Of a stretch of DNA of 64,000 nt, positions 1 through 9,889 are shown piece after piece. Below the pieces are notes generated by a model. It was not told the origin of the DNA, did no database searches, and worked only from the letters and a program-made list of their open reading frames with translations. A program made the position numbers and the translations under genes. This stretch comes from Acidimicrobiia bacterium (GTDB taxonomy: Bacteria > Actinomycetota > Acidimicrobiia > Acidimicrobiales > CAIXPF01). The stretch's first letter is position 1. Each line of letters starts with the position of its first letter. The stretch covers positions 1,556-65,555 of the forward strand of contig CANJRG010000019.1 of NCBI GenBank assembly GCA_947476745.1, written 5' to 3'.

Positions 1-719
1 TCCGCGAGGTGGTCTATCCCAACCTGGCGCGCATCAAGGACGACGACGAGGCCATGCGCACCACCTATCGTCGCACCGTCGGCGGCATCGCCCTGGTGAT
101 GGTCCCGCTGTGCCTGACCATCGCCGCGGTGGCCGGGCCGATGGTGCACGTGGTGCTGGGCCAGCAGTGGATACCGGCGATCCCGCTGATCTCCATCATC
201 GCCGTGGTCGGTGCGCTGCAGTCGCTCACCACCACCACCGGGCCGATCTACATTGCCAAAGGCCGGGTCGACCTGCTGCTGCGCTGGAGCAGCTTCAGTT
301 GCGTCGTGCTGCTCGGCTGCTACCTGATCGGCGCCCACTGGGGGGTGACGGGCGTCGGCCTGGGCTTCCTGGCCGGGATCACCGTGCTCAGCTATCCGGC
401 GTTCCGTATCCCGCTGCGGCTGATCGACGCCCGACCGGCCTACCTGGTGGGGGCGGTGGCCGGGCCGGTGTTCTGCGGGGTCGCCGGGGCGGCGGCCGCG
501 TTCGGGACGGTTCGGGCGTTCGCCGCGGCCGGCCGGCCGGAATGGGCGGCCCTGCTGGCCGGGCTCGCGGTGTCCGGCGTCGTGACCGTCGGGCTGCTGG
601 CGGTGTTGCGGCCCCCGGCCTGGCGCGACGGGCTGACGGTGCTGATGCATCGGCGCCGTTCGCCCCGGCCGGGCCGGCAGGATCCGGTGGCCGGCACCCC
701 CGCAGCGGAGGAGCGATGA
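1..719 (+). CDS. Polysaccharide/O-antigen flippase, MOP (Wzx-like) family; C-terminal part, 5' end lies outside the window
   Basis: The ORF is open from the window edge. It is a multi-TM hydrophobic protein with a Polysacc_synt_C-like pattern (GIALVMVPLCL..., GPIYIAKGRVDLLLRWS). Its stop overlaps the next start (ATGA at 716-719). Confidence 0.7.
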   Translation, partial: REVVYPNLARIKDDDEAMRTTYRRTVGGIALVMVPLCLTIAAVAGPMVHVVLGQQWIPAIPLISIIAVVGALQSLTTTTGPIYIAKGRVDLLLRWSSFSCVVLLGCYLIGAHWGVTGVGLGFLAGITVLSYPAFRIPLRLIDARPAYLVGAVAGPVFCGVAGAAAAFGTVRAFAAAGRPEWAALLAGLAVSGVVTVGLLAVLRPPAWRDGLTVLMHRRRSPRPGRQDPVAGTPAAEER

Positions 720-1654
720 CCCCGAACGGTGTCGTGGTCCGTGTCGCGGTCTGCGTGCTGACCTACCGGCGGCCCCAGGGGCTGGCCCGTCTGCTCGCGG
801 CGCTGGCCGCCCTCGAGGTCCGTCCCGAGGTCGCGGTCACCGTGGTGGTGGTCGACAACGATGCCGACGGGTCGGGCGAGCCGACGGTGGAGGCGGCCCG
901 GCAGGGCCTGGCCTATCCGTTGCGCTACGTCGTCGAGTCGTCGCGGTCGATCTCCATCGCCCGCAACCGGGCGGTACGCGAGGCCGGCGACGCCGAGTTC
1001 GTCGCCTTCATCGACGACGACGAGTGGCCCGAGCCCGACTGGCTGAACCAGTTGCTCGACAGCCGGCAGCAGACCGGTGCCGACATCGTCGCCGCCGGGG
1101 TGCTGCCGGTGTTCGCGTCCGACCCCGAGGCCTGGGTGGTGCAGGGCGGCTTCTTCGACCGTCGGCGCCACGACCACAACGAGGCGATCCGCTACGCCAC
1201 GACCAGCAATGTGCTGATCCGCCGGCGGTGCCTCGAGGTGGTCGAGGGTCCCTTCGACGAGGCCTTCGGGCTGTCCGGCGGTGAGGACACCCATCTCTTC
1301 GCCCAACTGCGGGAGGCCGGCTGCTCGATCGTATGGTGCGATCGCGCCGCGGTGCAGGAGCTGATCCCCGACTCGCGGGTGTCGGCCCGCTGGCTGCTAC
1401 GACGCGAGTACCGGCGTGGCCAGACCCTCAGCCTGTCATTGCGGGCCCGGGGGACGACCCCGCTGCTGGTGGTGCGCCGGGTGGGCAACGGCTTGGGCAA
1501 CCTCGCGCTCGGCCTCGTCGGCACCGTCGCCGGGCTCCGGCAGGGACGGGCCGGGGTGCTGAGCGGGGTGCGACGGATCAACTTCGGGGCGGGGATGTTG
1601 ACCGGTCTCGCCGGGCTGCGACATCTCGAGTACAAGAAGGTGCACGGTGGCTGA
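716..1654 (+). CDS. Glycosyltransferase family 2 (GT2-a)
   Basis: The ATG at 716 overlaps the upstream stop. It has the GT-A motifs VAVCVLTYRRPQGL, VVVVDNDADGSG and FIDDDEWPEPDW. The longer ORF from 110 is rejected as a 5' extension. Confidence 0.85.
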   Translation: MTPNGVVVRVAVCVLTYRRPQGLARLLAALAALEVRPEVAVTVVVVDNDADGSGEPTVEAARQGLAYPLRYVVESSRSISIARNRAVREAGDAEFVAFIDDDEWPEPDWLNQLLDSRQQTGADIVAAGVLPVFASDPEAWVVQGGFFDRRRHDHNEAIRYATTSNVLIRRRCLEVVEGPFDEAFGLSGGEDTHLFAQLREAGCSIVWCDRAAVQELIPDSRVSARWLLRREYRRGQTLSLSLRARGTTPLLVVRRVGNGLGNLALGLVGTVAGLRQGRAGVLSGVRRINFGAGMLTGLAGLRHLEYKKVHGG

Positions 1655-2642
1655 CCAGTTGATCGGACCGGATTCGACCTACGTGCGGCTCGCTGCCCGC
1701 GGCCTGGCCCGCGAGCTGATCTGGTGGGCGACCTGCCGCCACCGGCAGGGCCCGCAGCGCAACATCTGCCTGTTCGCCACCCGACGCGGCGGCAGCACCT
1801 GGGCGATGGAGATGATCGCCGCCAACCGCGGGATCCGGCCGATGAACCAGCCGTTCGAGACGCTCAGCCGCAACCTCACCCTGGCCCAGGCCTTCGAGAT
1901 CCCGCGTTTCCCCCAGGGCCAGATCACCTCGTTGGGCGAGCCGGAAGCGGCGATGCTGGGCAGCTACGTGCGCCGGATGTTCTCCGGCGAGCTCGTCGTC
2001 AACGCCTCCCTCCGGTTCTGGCAGACCGGCTTCGAACGGGTTTCGAACCGTGTGGTGCTCAAGATCACCGACGCCAAGGCGGTGATCGGCTGGTTCGACG
2101 AGAACGTCGACGCCGACATCGTCTACCTGACCCGGCACCCGGTGTCGCAGTCGTTGTCGTGCATCCGCAACGGTTGGACGCTGACCACCCGCTCGTACCT
2201 GGCCGACCCGCGTTTCTGCGCCACGTTCCTCGGTACGGCCGAGGGCCGTTGCCGCGACGTGATGGACCACGGCTCCCCGCTCGAGCAGTGGGCGCTGAAC
2301 TGGGCGGTGGAGAACGTCGCCCCGATGACCCTGCTGCCGGAGCGTCCCGAGTGGCTGCACCTGCGCTACGAGGATGCCGTGCTACACGCCGAGCATGAGC
2401 TGACCCGGCTCGCCGAGCGGCTCGGGTTGCAGGACATGGACCGCATGGAGCAGGTGCTGCGCCGGCCGTCGGGGTCGTCGCGGCGGTCCCTCGGCGGGAC
2501 GCGCGACGCGATCAAGAAGGGCGACCGTGCCGGTGCCGTGGACGGCTGGCGCTCGAAGGTCAGCGCCGAGGACCTCAGCCGCACCGCGGCGGTGCTCGAG
2601 TTGGTCGGCATCGATCCGAAGGCCGTGGTCGAGCGCTGGTGA
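1647..2642 (+). CDS. Sulfotransferase family protein (ST-1)
   Basis: The GTG at 1647 overlaps the GT2-a stop by 8 nt. It has a PAPS 5'-phosphosulfate-loop-like motif (FATRRGGSTW) and a 3'-phosphate motif (YLTRHPVSQSLS). Confidence 0.65.
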   Translation: MADQLIGPDSTYVRLAARGLARELIWWATCRHRQGPQRNICLFATRRGGSTWAMEMIAANRGIRPMNQPFETLSRNLTLAQAFEIPRFPQGQITSLGEPEAAMLGSYVRRMFSGELVVNASLRFWQTGFERVSNRVVLKITDAKAVIGWFDENVDADIVYLTRHPVSQSLSCIRNGWTLTTRSYLADPRFCATFLGTAEGRCRDVMDHGSPLEQWALNWAVENVAPMTLLPERPEWLHLRYEDAVLHAEHELTRLAERLGLQDMDRMEQVLRRPSGSSRRSLGGTRDAIKKGDRAGAVDGWRSKVSAEDLSRTAAVLELVGIDPKAVVERW

Positions 2643-2803
2643 GCCGGCGAATCCTGTTCCGTCCGTTCGGTCGTGGAAAAGGGGGTCGGATGGCCGATGT
2701 CCACCGACGGCGCGAGCGGCGAGGCTGAGAGACCATGGTACGGCACGCACAGGAATCGGACGTCGGGTGGGAGAGCGATCCCGGCACCAGTACCCTCACG
2801 GGC

Positions 2804-4027
2804 ATGGCGGGCCTCCGGCGTGAGTTCCCCCTCATCGCCGTCCACGACTATTCGGGCCACCCTTTCCAGGTGCAGCTCAGCCGCGAGCTGGCGCGCCGTG
2901 GGTACCGGGTTACGCACTACCATTGTCCGTCGTTCTCGACGCCCAAGGGCAAGCTCGAGCGTGACGCGCACGATCCGGACACCTTCCGGGTAGAGCCGGT
3001 GAAGCTGCGCCGGCCCTTCGCCAAGTACTCCGGGGCGAGACGGTTCTTCCAGGAGATCGAGTACGGCTGGCGGCTCGGCACCCGGCTACGGCGGCAACGC
3101 CCGGAGTTGGTGCTGTCGAGCAACACGCCGCTGCTGGCCGCCGCGGTCCTGCAGGCCGTCCTGCTGGCCTCGCGTATCCCGGTGGTGTTCTGGCAGCAGG
3201 ACGTCTACAGCGTGGCCATGGCCAACCACGCACGCAGCCGGTTGCCCCGCCTCGGCGGTGTCGTGGCGGCCGTGTTCATGGCGGTCGAGAAGCTGCTGCT
3301 GCGGACCAGCCGCCGGGTCGTCACCATCAGCGCCGACTTCTCCGGCACCCTCGACGAGTGGGGTATCGCCCCCGATCGGGTCGACGTGGTGGAGAACTGG
3401 GCCCCGCTCGACGAGTTGCCGGTGCGTCCGCATCGCAACGCCTGGTCGCACCGCCACGGCCTCGACGACAAGAAGGTGCTGCTCTACTCGGGCACCCTGG
3501 GCCTCAAGCACGATCCGTCGTTGCTGCTGGCCCTGGCCGAGGACCTCGAAGGTCGGGGCGACGTGCGGGTGGCGGTGGCCTCCGAGGGCCGTGGTGCGGA
3601 CTGGCTGGCGGAGCACGGTGCGCACCTGAGCTCGTTGCTGCTGCTGGGCTTCCAGCCCTACGAGGACTTGCCCGACATGATGGCCTCCGCCGACGTGCTG
3701 GTGGCCTTGCTCGAACCCGACGCCAGTTGCTTCTCGGTGCCGTCCAAGGTGCTGACCTACCACTGCGCCGGCCGGGCGCTGCTCGCCGCCCTGCCGGCGG
3801 AGAACCTGGCAGCACGCATCATCGAGCACGAGCACTCCGGCATCGTGGTGTCACCGGCGGACCACGACGCCATGGTCGCCGCCGGGCGGAAGCTCATCGA
3901 CGACGAGGACCTGTGCCGCTCGATGGGGGAGATGGCCAGGAACTACGCGGTACGGACCTTCGACATCAACACCATCGGTGATCGCTTCGAGACGATCATC
4001 GAGCAGGTGTGCGGCAGCGCCCGGTAG
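2804..4027 (+). CDS. Glycosyltransferase family 4 (GT-B fold, WcaI-like)
   Basis: The N-terminus AVHDYSGHPFQVQLSRELARRGYRV and the C-terminal GT1/GT4 region (LLYSGTLGLKHD ... LLEPDASCFSVPSKVLTY) support the call. The start is either the ATG at 2804 or the upstream ATG at 2735. Confidence 0.8.
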   Translation: MAGLRREFPLIAVHDYSGHPFQVQLSRELARRGYRVTHYHCPSFSTPKGKLERDAHDPDTFRVEPVKLRRPFAKYSGARRFFQEIEYGWRLGTRLRRQRPELVLSSNTPLLAAAVLQAVLLASRIPVVFWQQDVYSVAMANHARSRLPRLGGVVAAVFMAVEKLLLRTSRRVVTISADFSGTLDEWGIAPDRVDVVENWAPLDELPVRPHRNAWSHRHGLDDKKVLLYSGTLGLKHDPSLLLALAEDLEGRGDVRVAVASEGRGADWLAEHGAHLSSLLLLGFQPYEDLPDMMASADVLVALLEPDASCFSVPSKVLTYHCAGRALLAALPAENLAARIIEHEHSGIVVSPADHDAMVAAGRKLIDDEDLCRSMGEMARNYAVRTFDINTIGDRFETIIEQVCGSAR

Positions 4028-4038
4028 CCGGCCCCGTC

Positions 4039-5463
4039 ATGCACCGACCTTCTCTCCTGCTCCTGGCCATCGGCGGCGTCGCCCTGCTGTGGGTTCTCGG
4101 CTGGTTCATCCGGCTTGAGCGCCGAAACGAGCGCCACACGATCTTCCTCGTCTTCGTCTCGGTGTACCTCGCCGAGGCGATCCTGGCGTCGCACTCCGCC
4201 GGTGTGGCCGTGGGCCTGCTGCGGCCGCAGATCGCCGGCCAGGACTTCCGCCTGCCCGACGTGGTGATCGCCCTGGTGGTGGCGGCCCGGTTCCTCGGGC
4301 CCTCGAAGGGCGGTCGCATACCGTCCGGTGTCCTGCCGTTGTGTGCCTTCGGGGCCTGGTACGCCACCGCCGTGGTGATCGGTCTGCTCAACCAGCTGCC
4401 CACCTCTGAGGTGCTCTTCCAGGGCAAGGCGATCTTCTACGTCCTCGGTGCCGTGGTCGCCGCCGCCGGCGCCGACACCCGACGGCTCGCCGACCAGCTG
4501 GCGGCCCCCGCGGTGGTGCTCGCAGCTGTCGTCGCCCTCGCCACCGTGCTGGGCTTCGTGGACCGGAGCCTCGCGCTGTCGACGCCGGTGCAACGGTTCG
4601 ATCACCTCGGGGTGCTCAGCAACGACACCGCCTCGGCGTTGGTCGTCATCGGCGGGCTGGTGTTGCTGGTCGAAGCGGTTCGGCCGCGCCGCCGCCTGGT
4701 GGTCGGAGTGGCCGGGATCGGGCTGCTCCTGGCCCCTTTGGCCGGTGACCACCGGGCCAGTTACCTGGTGTTGGCGGTCGTGCTCGGTGGCGTGGTCCTC
4801 GCCGTGCTGGGGCGCACCTGGACCCGTCGTTCGACGATCGGTGGTGCTGCGCTGATGCTGTCGATGAGCGGCGTGCTGGTCTTCGGCATGGCCGCGGCCG
4901 CCCTCACACCGCTCGCCGACGTGGTGGTGGCGCGCTTCGACACGGCGTTCGAGGGCGATGCGACGGTCCGCAGCGCCGAGTCCCGGGTGGAGCTCGCCCG
5001 CCGGGCGGTCGATCGGATCGCCGAGCACCCGATCATCGGTTGGGGTGCCGGCATGCAGGTCATCCGTACCGGTGAGTATGTCGATGACGACTTCGCGTCG
5101 GCCCACAACTTGATGCTCGACCTGGCGATGCGATCCGGCATGATCGGCCTGCTGCTGTTCCTGGTGGCGCTGGTGAGCACCGAACGCATCGGGGTGCAAC
5201 GGTGGCGCCGCGATGAGGACAACCGGACGGCGGCGGTCTGCTTGGCGGCGACACTGGGTGTGGCGGCGGTCGTGACCAAGGCGATGGTCGAACCGGCGCT
5301 CGACAAGTACCGGCTCAGCATGTTGGTCGGCCTGTGCGTGGGGCTGATCCTGTTCGCCGATCGCCGGCCTGCGGCGTCGACCTCGCCCGAGCGGGCCGCC
5401 CGCCCGCCGCTGATCCGCCCGCTGACCCCGCTCTCGGTCGACGCCGGCGCAGGCGCGCCATGA
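4039..5463 (+). CDS. O-antigen ligase/polymerase-like (Wzy_C) integral membrane protein
   Basis: About 10-12 predicted TM segments and a Wzy_C-like motif (AHNLMLDLAMRSGMIGLLLFLVAL). I chose the ATG at 4039; an alternative GTG is at 4009. Confidence 0.7.
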   Translation: MHRPSLLLLAIGGVALLWVLGWFIRLERRNERHTIFLVFVSVYLAEAILASHSAGVAVGLLRPQIAGQDFRLPDVVIALVVAARFLGPSKGGRIPSGVLPLCAFGAWYATAVVIGLLNQLPTSEVLFQGKAIFYVLGAVVAAAGADTRRLADQLAAPAVVLAAVVALATVLGFVDRSLALSTPVQRFDHLGVLSNDTASALVVIGGLVLLVEAVRPRRRLVVGVAGIGLLLAPLAGDHRASYLVLAVVLGGVVLAVLGRTWTRRSTIGGAALMLSMSGVLVFGMAAAALTPLADVVVARFDTAFEGDATVRSAESRVELARRAVDRIAEHPIIGWGAGMQVIRTGEYVDDDFASAHNLMLDLAMRSGMIGLLLFLVALVSTERIGVQRWRRDEDNRTAAVCLAATLGVAAVVTKAMVEPALDKYRLSMLVGLCVGLILFADRRPAASTSPERAARPPLIRPLTPLSVDAGAGAP

Positions 5464-6509
5464 GTGCCACGGCCATGAACAACGGGATCGCGACCACCAC
5501 GGCTGGCACGCGCGTGGTCGGAACGGGCGCCGCCGTGCACGAGCTTGCGCAGGGCGAGGAGCCGACGAGCGACCCGATGCCCGTCGACGTCGCCCTGTGC
5601 GTGATCACCTTCCGCCGTCCCGAGGGTCTGTCCCGGCTGCTCGATGCGCTCGGACGGCTCGACGTGCCGGCCGCGGTGCGTCTGTCGGTCGTGGTGGTCG
5701 ACAACGATCCCGAGGGCAGCGCCCGCACCGTGGTGGATGCGGCGACCACCGCGCTGCCGCACACCGTCCGCTACGCGGTGGAGTCGGCTCGGGGCATTCC
5801 CATGGCCCGCAATCGTGCGCTGAAGCTGGCGTTGGACCTGCAGCCGCAGTTCATCGCCTGGATCGACGACGACGAACACCCCGAGCCGGACTGGTTGTGC
5901 AACCTGTGGGAGACCCAGAACGCCACCGACGCGGACGTGGTGATGGGTCCGGGTGTGCCGTTGTTCGAACCGGGAACCCCGGCGTGGATCCAGGAGCCGG
6001 GCCTGTTCGACCACGTCCACTTCGAGACCGGCAGGGACTTCCCGTACTTCTACGCCCGTACCAGCGGCATCCTGGTCCGGGCGTCGGTGGTCCCCGCCGA
6101 ACGGTTCGACGAGCGGCTGGCCCTCACCGGTGGCGAGGACCGGCTGTTCTTCACCCGGATCCACCGAGCCGGTGGCCGCTTCGTGTGGGACGACCGGGCC
6201 GTCGTGCACGATCACATCCCCCGCAGCCGGGCCACCTCCGGTTGGCTGATCCGCCGTTGGTACCGCACCGGCGTCACCCGCAGCCTCACCATGGTCTACC
6301 TCGACCACCCCGGCGCACTGCGTCGGGCGCGTCGGGTACTGGGCGGTTTGGCGATGGCGGGCGGTGGTCTGGTCCGCACCCTCATCGGGTTGCGCCGCGG
6401 CCGTACCGAGGTGCTGCGCCGTTGGCGCATCGTCATGTTGGGCCTCGGCGCGTCGGCGGGCGCGCTCGGCATTCGCTATCAGGAGTATCGGTCGGTCCAT
6501 GGAAGCTGA
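5460..6509 (+). CDS. Glycosyltransferase family 2 (GT2-b), paralog of GT2-a
   Basis: The ATG at 5460 overlaps the upstream stop (ATGA). Motifs VALCVITFRRPEGL, VVVVDNDPEGSA and WIDDDEHPEPDW are present. The C-terminal ending YQEYRSVHGS parallels LEYKKVHGG of GT2-a. Confidence 0.85.
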   Translation: MSATAMNNGIATTTAGTRVVGTGAAVHELAQGEEPTSDPMPVDVALCVITFRRPEGLSRLLDALGRLDVPAAVRLSVVVVDNDPEGSARTVVDAATTALPHTVRYAVESARGIPMARNRALKLALDLQPQFIAWIDDDEHPEPDWLCNLWETQNATDADVVMGPGVPLFEPGTPAWIQEPGLFDHVHFETGRDFPYFYARTSGILVRASVVPAERFDERLALTGGEDRLFFTRIHRAGGRFVWDDRAVVHDHIPRSRATSGWLIRRWYRTGVTRSLTMVYLDHPGALRRARRVLGGLAMAGGGLVRTLIGLRRGRTEVLRRWRIVMLGLGASAGALGIRYQEYRSVHGS

Positions 6510-7455
6510 AGCCGGACAGTCACCCGCCACGACGACCGGGGCCGAACGGCCCGAGGTCATCTTCATCCTCGGCATGTTGCCGCGCACCGGCACCAACCAT
6601 CTCGCCGATCTGTTCGAACTGCACCGTGACGTGGCGGTGCTCAAGCCGGTCTTCGAGGACCACCTGGTCCGGTTCAGCCCGCTGCTCACCACCTACGTGG
6701 ACGAGGTGACCCGGCACTGGTCGCCCGAGTGGGAGGTGCCTGCCGACGAGCCGGCGAAGCTGCTGGCCGAGATCGGTGGTGGCGTGGTCCGCTGGATCCG
6801 CTCGCCGTTCCCCGGCAAGACCGTCGTCACCAAGATGCCGCGCGTCGAGAACGTCGGCCGGTTCTTCGACCTGTTCCCGAACTGCGGTCTGGTGATCCTC
6901 ACCCGCGACGGTCGCAGCGTGGTGGAGTCGGGGGTGCGCAGCTTCGACTGGCCCTACGAGTTCGCCTTCCGGATGTGGAACAACGCCGCCGAGGAGGTCC
7001 TGCGTTTCCGAGAGGCCAACGAGGACCAGCCCCGGTTGCAGATCGTGCGCTACGAGGATCTGATCGACGACGAGAGCACCGTCATGGCCCGCCTGTTCGG
7101 GGCCTTCGGCCTCGCCCCGCACGGGTTCAACCCCGCAGCGGTGGCGGAACTGCCGGTGCGCGGGTCCTCGCTGCTGGCGGAGAGCGGCTCGTTGCACTGG
7201 GACCCTGTGGCCCGACCCGACGGGTTCGACCCCCGGGAACGTTGGCGGAGCTGGGACCAGCATCTGCACCGCCGGTTCAACGCCGTGGCCGGCGCTGCGC
7301 AGCAGGACCTCGGTTACTCGGTGGAGCCGACCCCGGATGGGGACTCGGTGACCGAGCGGGCGGCCTCGCTGCAGGGTTCGGCTCTGGCCCGGTGGCGGGA
7401 GACCAAGGCCAGCTTGCGCCGGATGCGCCGTGTCGTGACCCGGACCTGGTGGTGA
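6499..7455 (+). CDS. Sulfotransferase family protein (ST-2)
   Basis: The ATG at 6499 overlaps the GT2-b stop by 11 nt. It has a 5'-PSB loop (LGMLPRTGTNHL) and a 3'-PB motif (VILTRDGRSVVES). Confidence 0.75.
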   Translation: MEAEAGQSPATTTGAERPEVIFILGMLPRTGTNHLADLFELHRDVAVLKPVFEDHLVRFSPLLTTYVDEVTRHWSPEWEVPADEPAKLLAEIGGGVVRWIRSPFPGKTVVTKMPRVENVGRFFDLFPNCGLVILTRDGRSVVESGVRSFDWPYEFAFRMWNNAAEEVLRFREANEDQPRLQIVRYEDLIDDESTVMARLFGAFGLAPHGFNPAAVAELPVRGSSLLAESGSLHWDPVARPDGFDPRERWRSWDQHLHRRFNAVAGAAQQDLGYSVEPTPDGDSVTERAASLQGSALARWRETKASLRRMRRVVTRTWW

Positions 7456-7573
7456 GGGCGCTCTGGACCGGGAGGCCCGTTGACGGCGTCGGACCGCCCG
7501 GTACGTTGGCGGGACTGACGGTGACAGGACCGAGGCTGACGGGACTGAGCATGGCACGGGCACGGAGGAACGG

Positions 7574-8473
7574 GTGATGGCCACAGCACGGGTGTCGATC
7601 GGCCTGCCGGTCTACAACGGTGAGAACCTGGTTGCGGAGGCGCTCGAGAGCCTGGTGAGCCAGACCTTCGAGGATCTCGAGATCGTGGTCGCCGACAACG
7701 CGTCGACCGATCGAACCTTGGAGGTCGTGCGCGAGTTCGCCGCACGCGATCGGCGGATCATCGTGCTGAGCAGCGACCGCAACCGCGGGGCGGCATGGAA
7801 CTACAACCGGGTGCTCGACGCCTGCAGCGGGGAGTACTTCCGCTGGCAGGCCCACGACGACCGGGTGCTGCCCACCGCCACCGAACGCTGCGTGCAGGCC
7901 CTCGATGGCGACCGCGGTGCCGTGCTGGCCCACCCCTACACCCGGCTCATCGAGGCATCAGGCCGGTTGGTGCGGGACTACCCCGACGATCTCGGCGCGG
8001 TCGGCGCCGACGCGGCCGCCCGGCTCCGTGCGACCGTGCAACGGCTCACGTTCTGCCACCCGGTGTTCGGCCTGGTGCGGCGCGACGCGCTGCAGCGCAC
8101 CGCGCGCATCGCACCGTTCGTCGGATCCGACGTGACCCTGCTGTACGAGTTGAGCCTGTACGGCCGCTTCGCCGTGGTGCCCGAGTATCTCTTCGTGGCC
8201 CGTCAGGCGAACTCGATCCGGGCCAACCCGACCAAGCGATCGCTGACCGCCTGGTTCGACCCGGACCGGTCGCGGCGTCCACCGGTGCCGGTCGATCATG
8301 CCTGGGCCACGGCGGTGGCGATCGGGCGTGCGCCGCTTGGCGGTGCCGACAAGGCCCGGTGCGCAGCGGTGCTGGCCACGGTCTGGCCGCAGGAGTACGG
8401 CCGGCGGGTCCGCCGGCGGCGCCGGCGTGAACGACTCGCCGGACAACCGGCCGGCGTCAACCCCGCAGTCTGA
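7574..8473 (+). CDS. Glycosyltransferase family 2 (GT2-c)
   Basis: VSIGLPVYNGENLVAEALESLVSQTFEDLEIVVADNASTD is a classic GT2 N-terminus. A GGAGGAA RBS lies at 7564-7570. The start is the GTG at 7574 or the ATG at 7577. Confidence 0.85.
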   Translation: MMATARVSIGLPVYNGENLVAEALESLVSQTFEDLEIVVADNASTDRTLEVVREFAARDRRIIVLSSDRNRGAAWNYNRVLDACSGEYFRWQAHDDRVLPTATERCVQALDGDRGAVLAHPYTRLIEASGRLVRDYPDDLGAVGADAAARLRATVQRLTFCHPVFGLVRRDALQRTARIAPFVGSDVTLLYELSLYGRFAVVPEYLFVARQANSIRANPTKRSLTAWFDPDRSRRPPVPVDHAWATAVAIGRAPLGGADKARCAAVLATVWPQEYGRRVRRRRRRERLAGQPAGVNPAV

Positions 8474-9669
8474 TGGTGCAGCGGCGCTGCCTGTGGCTGT
8501 CGGCCGAGCTGCCGGAGCGGCCCCGTAACGGGGGTCATGTCTACTCGCGTGGGCTGCGCGAGGGGCTCGCCGCGGCCGGGGTACGGGTGGAGGTGATGGG
8601 CCTCGGTCCCGACGACGGCGATGAGGGTGTCGGCGTCATCCGGCGTGCCGTGCCTGGCGGTATGCGACCGTGGTTCGGCAGCGTCATCTCGCCGCTGCCC
8701 AACCTCAGCTACATGCCGGCCACCTCCGCCTATCAGCTGTCCGTCGACGTGGCGCGACGCGAAGGCGGTTGGGACTTCGTGGTGGTCGACCATCTGCAGA
8801 TGGCCTGGGTGCCGAAGCGATGGCCCGAGCTCGGCATGGCCCAGGGCGGTGTGCCGTTGGTGTTCGCCACCCAGAACCACGAGGAGAGCGTGCGCCTGGC
8901 CGTGGCGGCCGGCCAGTCACGGCGCTCCCCGAAGGGCATGATCCTGCGTGCCGATGCCCGCAAGGCGGTGGCGTCGGAACGGCGCATGGTGGCCGCCGCT
9001 GACCTGGTGACCGCCATCACCGACGCTGACGCCGCGGCGTTCGCCGCAGGGTCGCCCGATACCGCGGTGGTGGTGTTGCCGCCCGGCTACGCCGATCCCC
9101 GGGTGGTGCCGGTACCCGCCGCCGCAAGGTCGCGCCGGGTGGCCATCGTGGGCAGCTTCGACTGGCACGTGAAGGCGGCCAACTTCCGCCAGTTCGTGCG
9201 GGCGGCCGACCCGGTTTTCGCCGCGGCGGGGATCCGCCTCAGCGTGGTCGGACGGGTACCCGACAGCGTGGCGGCCGAGCTCGGTCCGCTGCAGGCGACG
9301 GAGTTGCTGGGCTGGGTCGACGATCTCGCAGCCGTTCTCGGGGACTGTCGCGTCGCCGTGGTGTCAGAACCGGATGGCGGTGGTTTCAAGATGAAGGCGC
9401 TGGACTACCTGTTCCATCACGTGCCGCTGGCAGTGACGCTGGGCAGCGTCGAGGGAATCGACCTCGCAGACGGGCGGGCCGTGGCCCGGGCCGATGACGC
9501 CGAGTCGCTCGCCCGGGCCATCGTGACCTGTATCGAGGACACCGACCGCCTCGATGCGGTCGCCGCTCGGGCCTATCGCTGGGCCGTCGACCGGTTCGAT
9601 TGGCCGTCGACCGGGGTGGCCCTGGCGCAGGCGGTCGAAGACCGGTTCATGGCCCGTTCGACGGCCTGA
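8473..9669 (+). CDS. Glycosyltransferase, GT-B fold (GT4/GT1 family)
   Basis: The ATG overlaps the upstream TGA by 1 nt (TGATG). The N-terminus GGHVYSRGLREGLAAAGVRVEV and a C-terminal nucleotide-sugar-binding-like region support the call. Confidence 0.65.
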   Translation: MVQRRCLWLSAELPERPRNGGHVYSRGLREGLAAAGVRVEVMGLGPDDGDEGVGVIRRAVPGGMRPWFGSVISPLPNLSYMPATSAYQLSVDVARREGGWDFVVVDHLQMAWVPKRWPELGMAQGGVPLVFATQNHEESVRLAVAAGQSRRSPKGMILRADARKAVASERRMVAAADLVTAITDADAAAFAAGSPDTAVVVLPPGYADPRVVPVPAAARSRRVAIVGSFDWHVKAANFRQFVRAADPVFAAAGIRLSVVGRVPDSVAAELGPLQATELLGWVDDLAAVLGDCRVAVVSEPDGGGFKMKALDYLFHHVPLAVTLGSVEGIDLADGRAVARADDAESLARAIVTCIEDTDRLDAVAARAYRWAVDRFDWPSTGVALAQAVEDRFMARSTA

Positions 9670-9889
9670 TCTCACGGCTGTCCCTGCGACTCCCAGCCGC
9701 CCTGCCCGGCGGGTTTCCGTCCGATTCCTCTCGCGTTGCCCACTATTGGGGGAATGGGGGTAGGCCCGGAGTCACGGAACGAGCCCATCGTTACCCTGAA
9801 TCCAACGGCATGCGCCTCCCGGCTCGGAGGGGTGCGCACCTGGTTCCTGCCCTCGGGCGCGGACGGCCGGCGGAAGAAGGCGGACAGGT

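Noticed and set aside
110-1654. N-terminal extensions of real genes suggested by the ORF track: 110-715, 5334-5459, 6364-6498, 30200-31000, 32332-33318, 44474-45148, 45600-45989, 46469-46822, 47302-48585, 58174-59337 and 59923-60060
   Set aside because: The extensions overlap the upstream genes and translate to Arg/Pro/Gly-rich junk. Internal ATG/GTG starts coincide with stop/start overlaps or RBS-like sequences and with the beginning of family homology.
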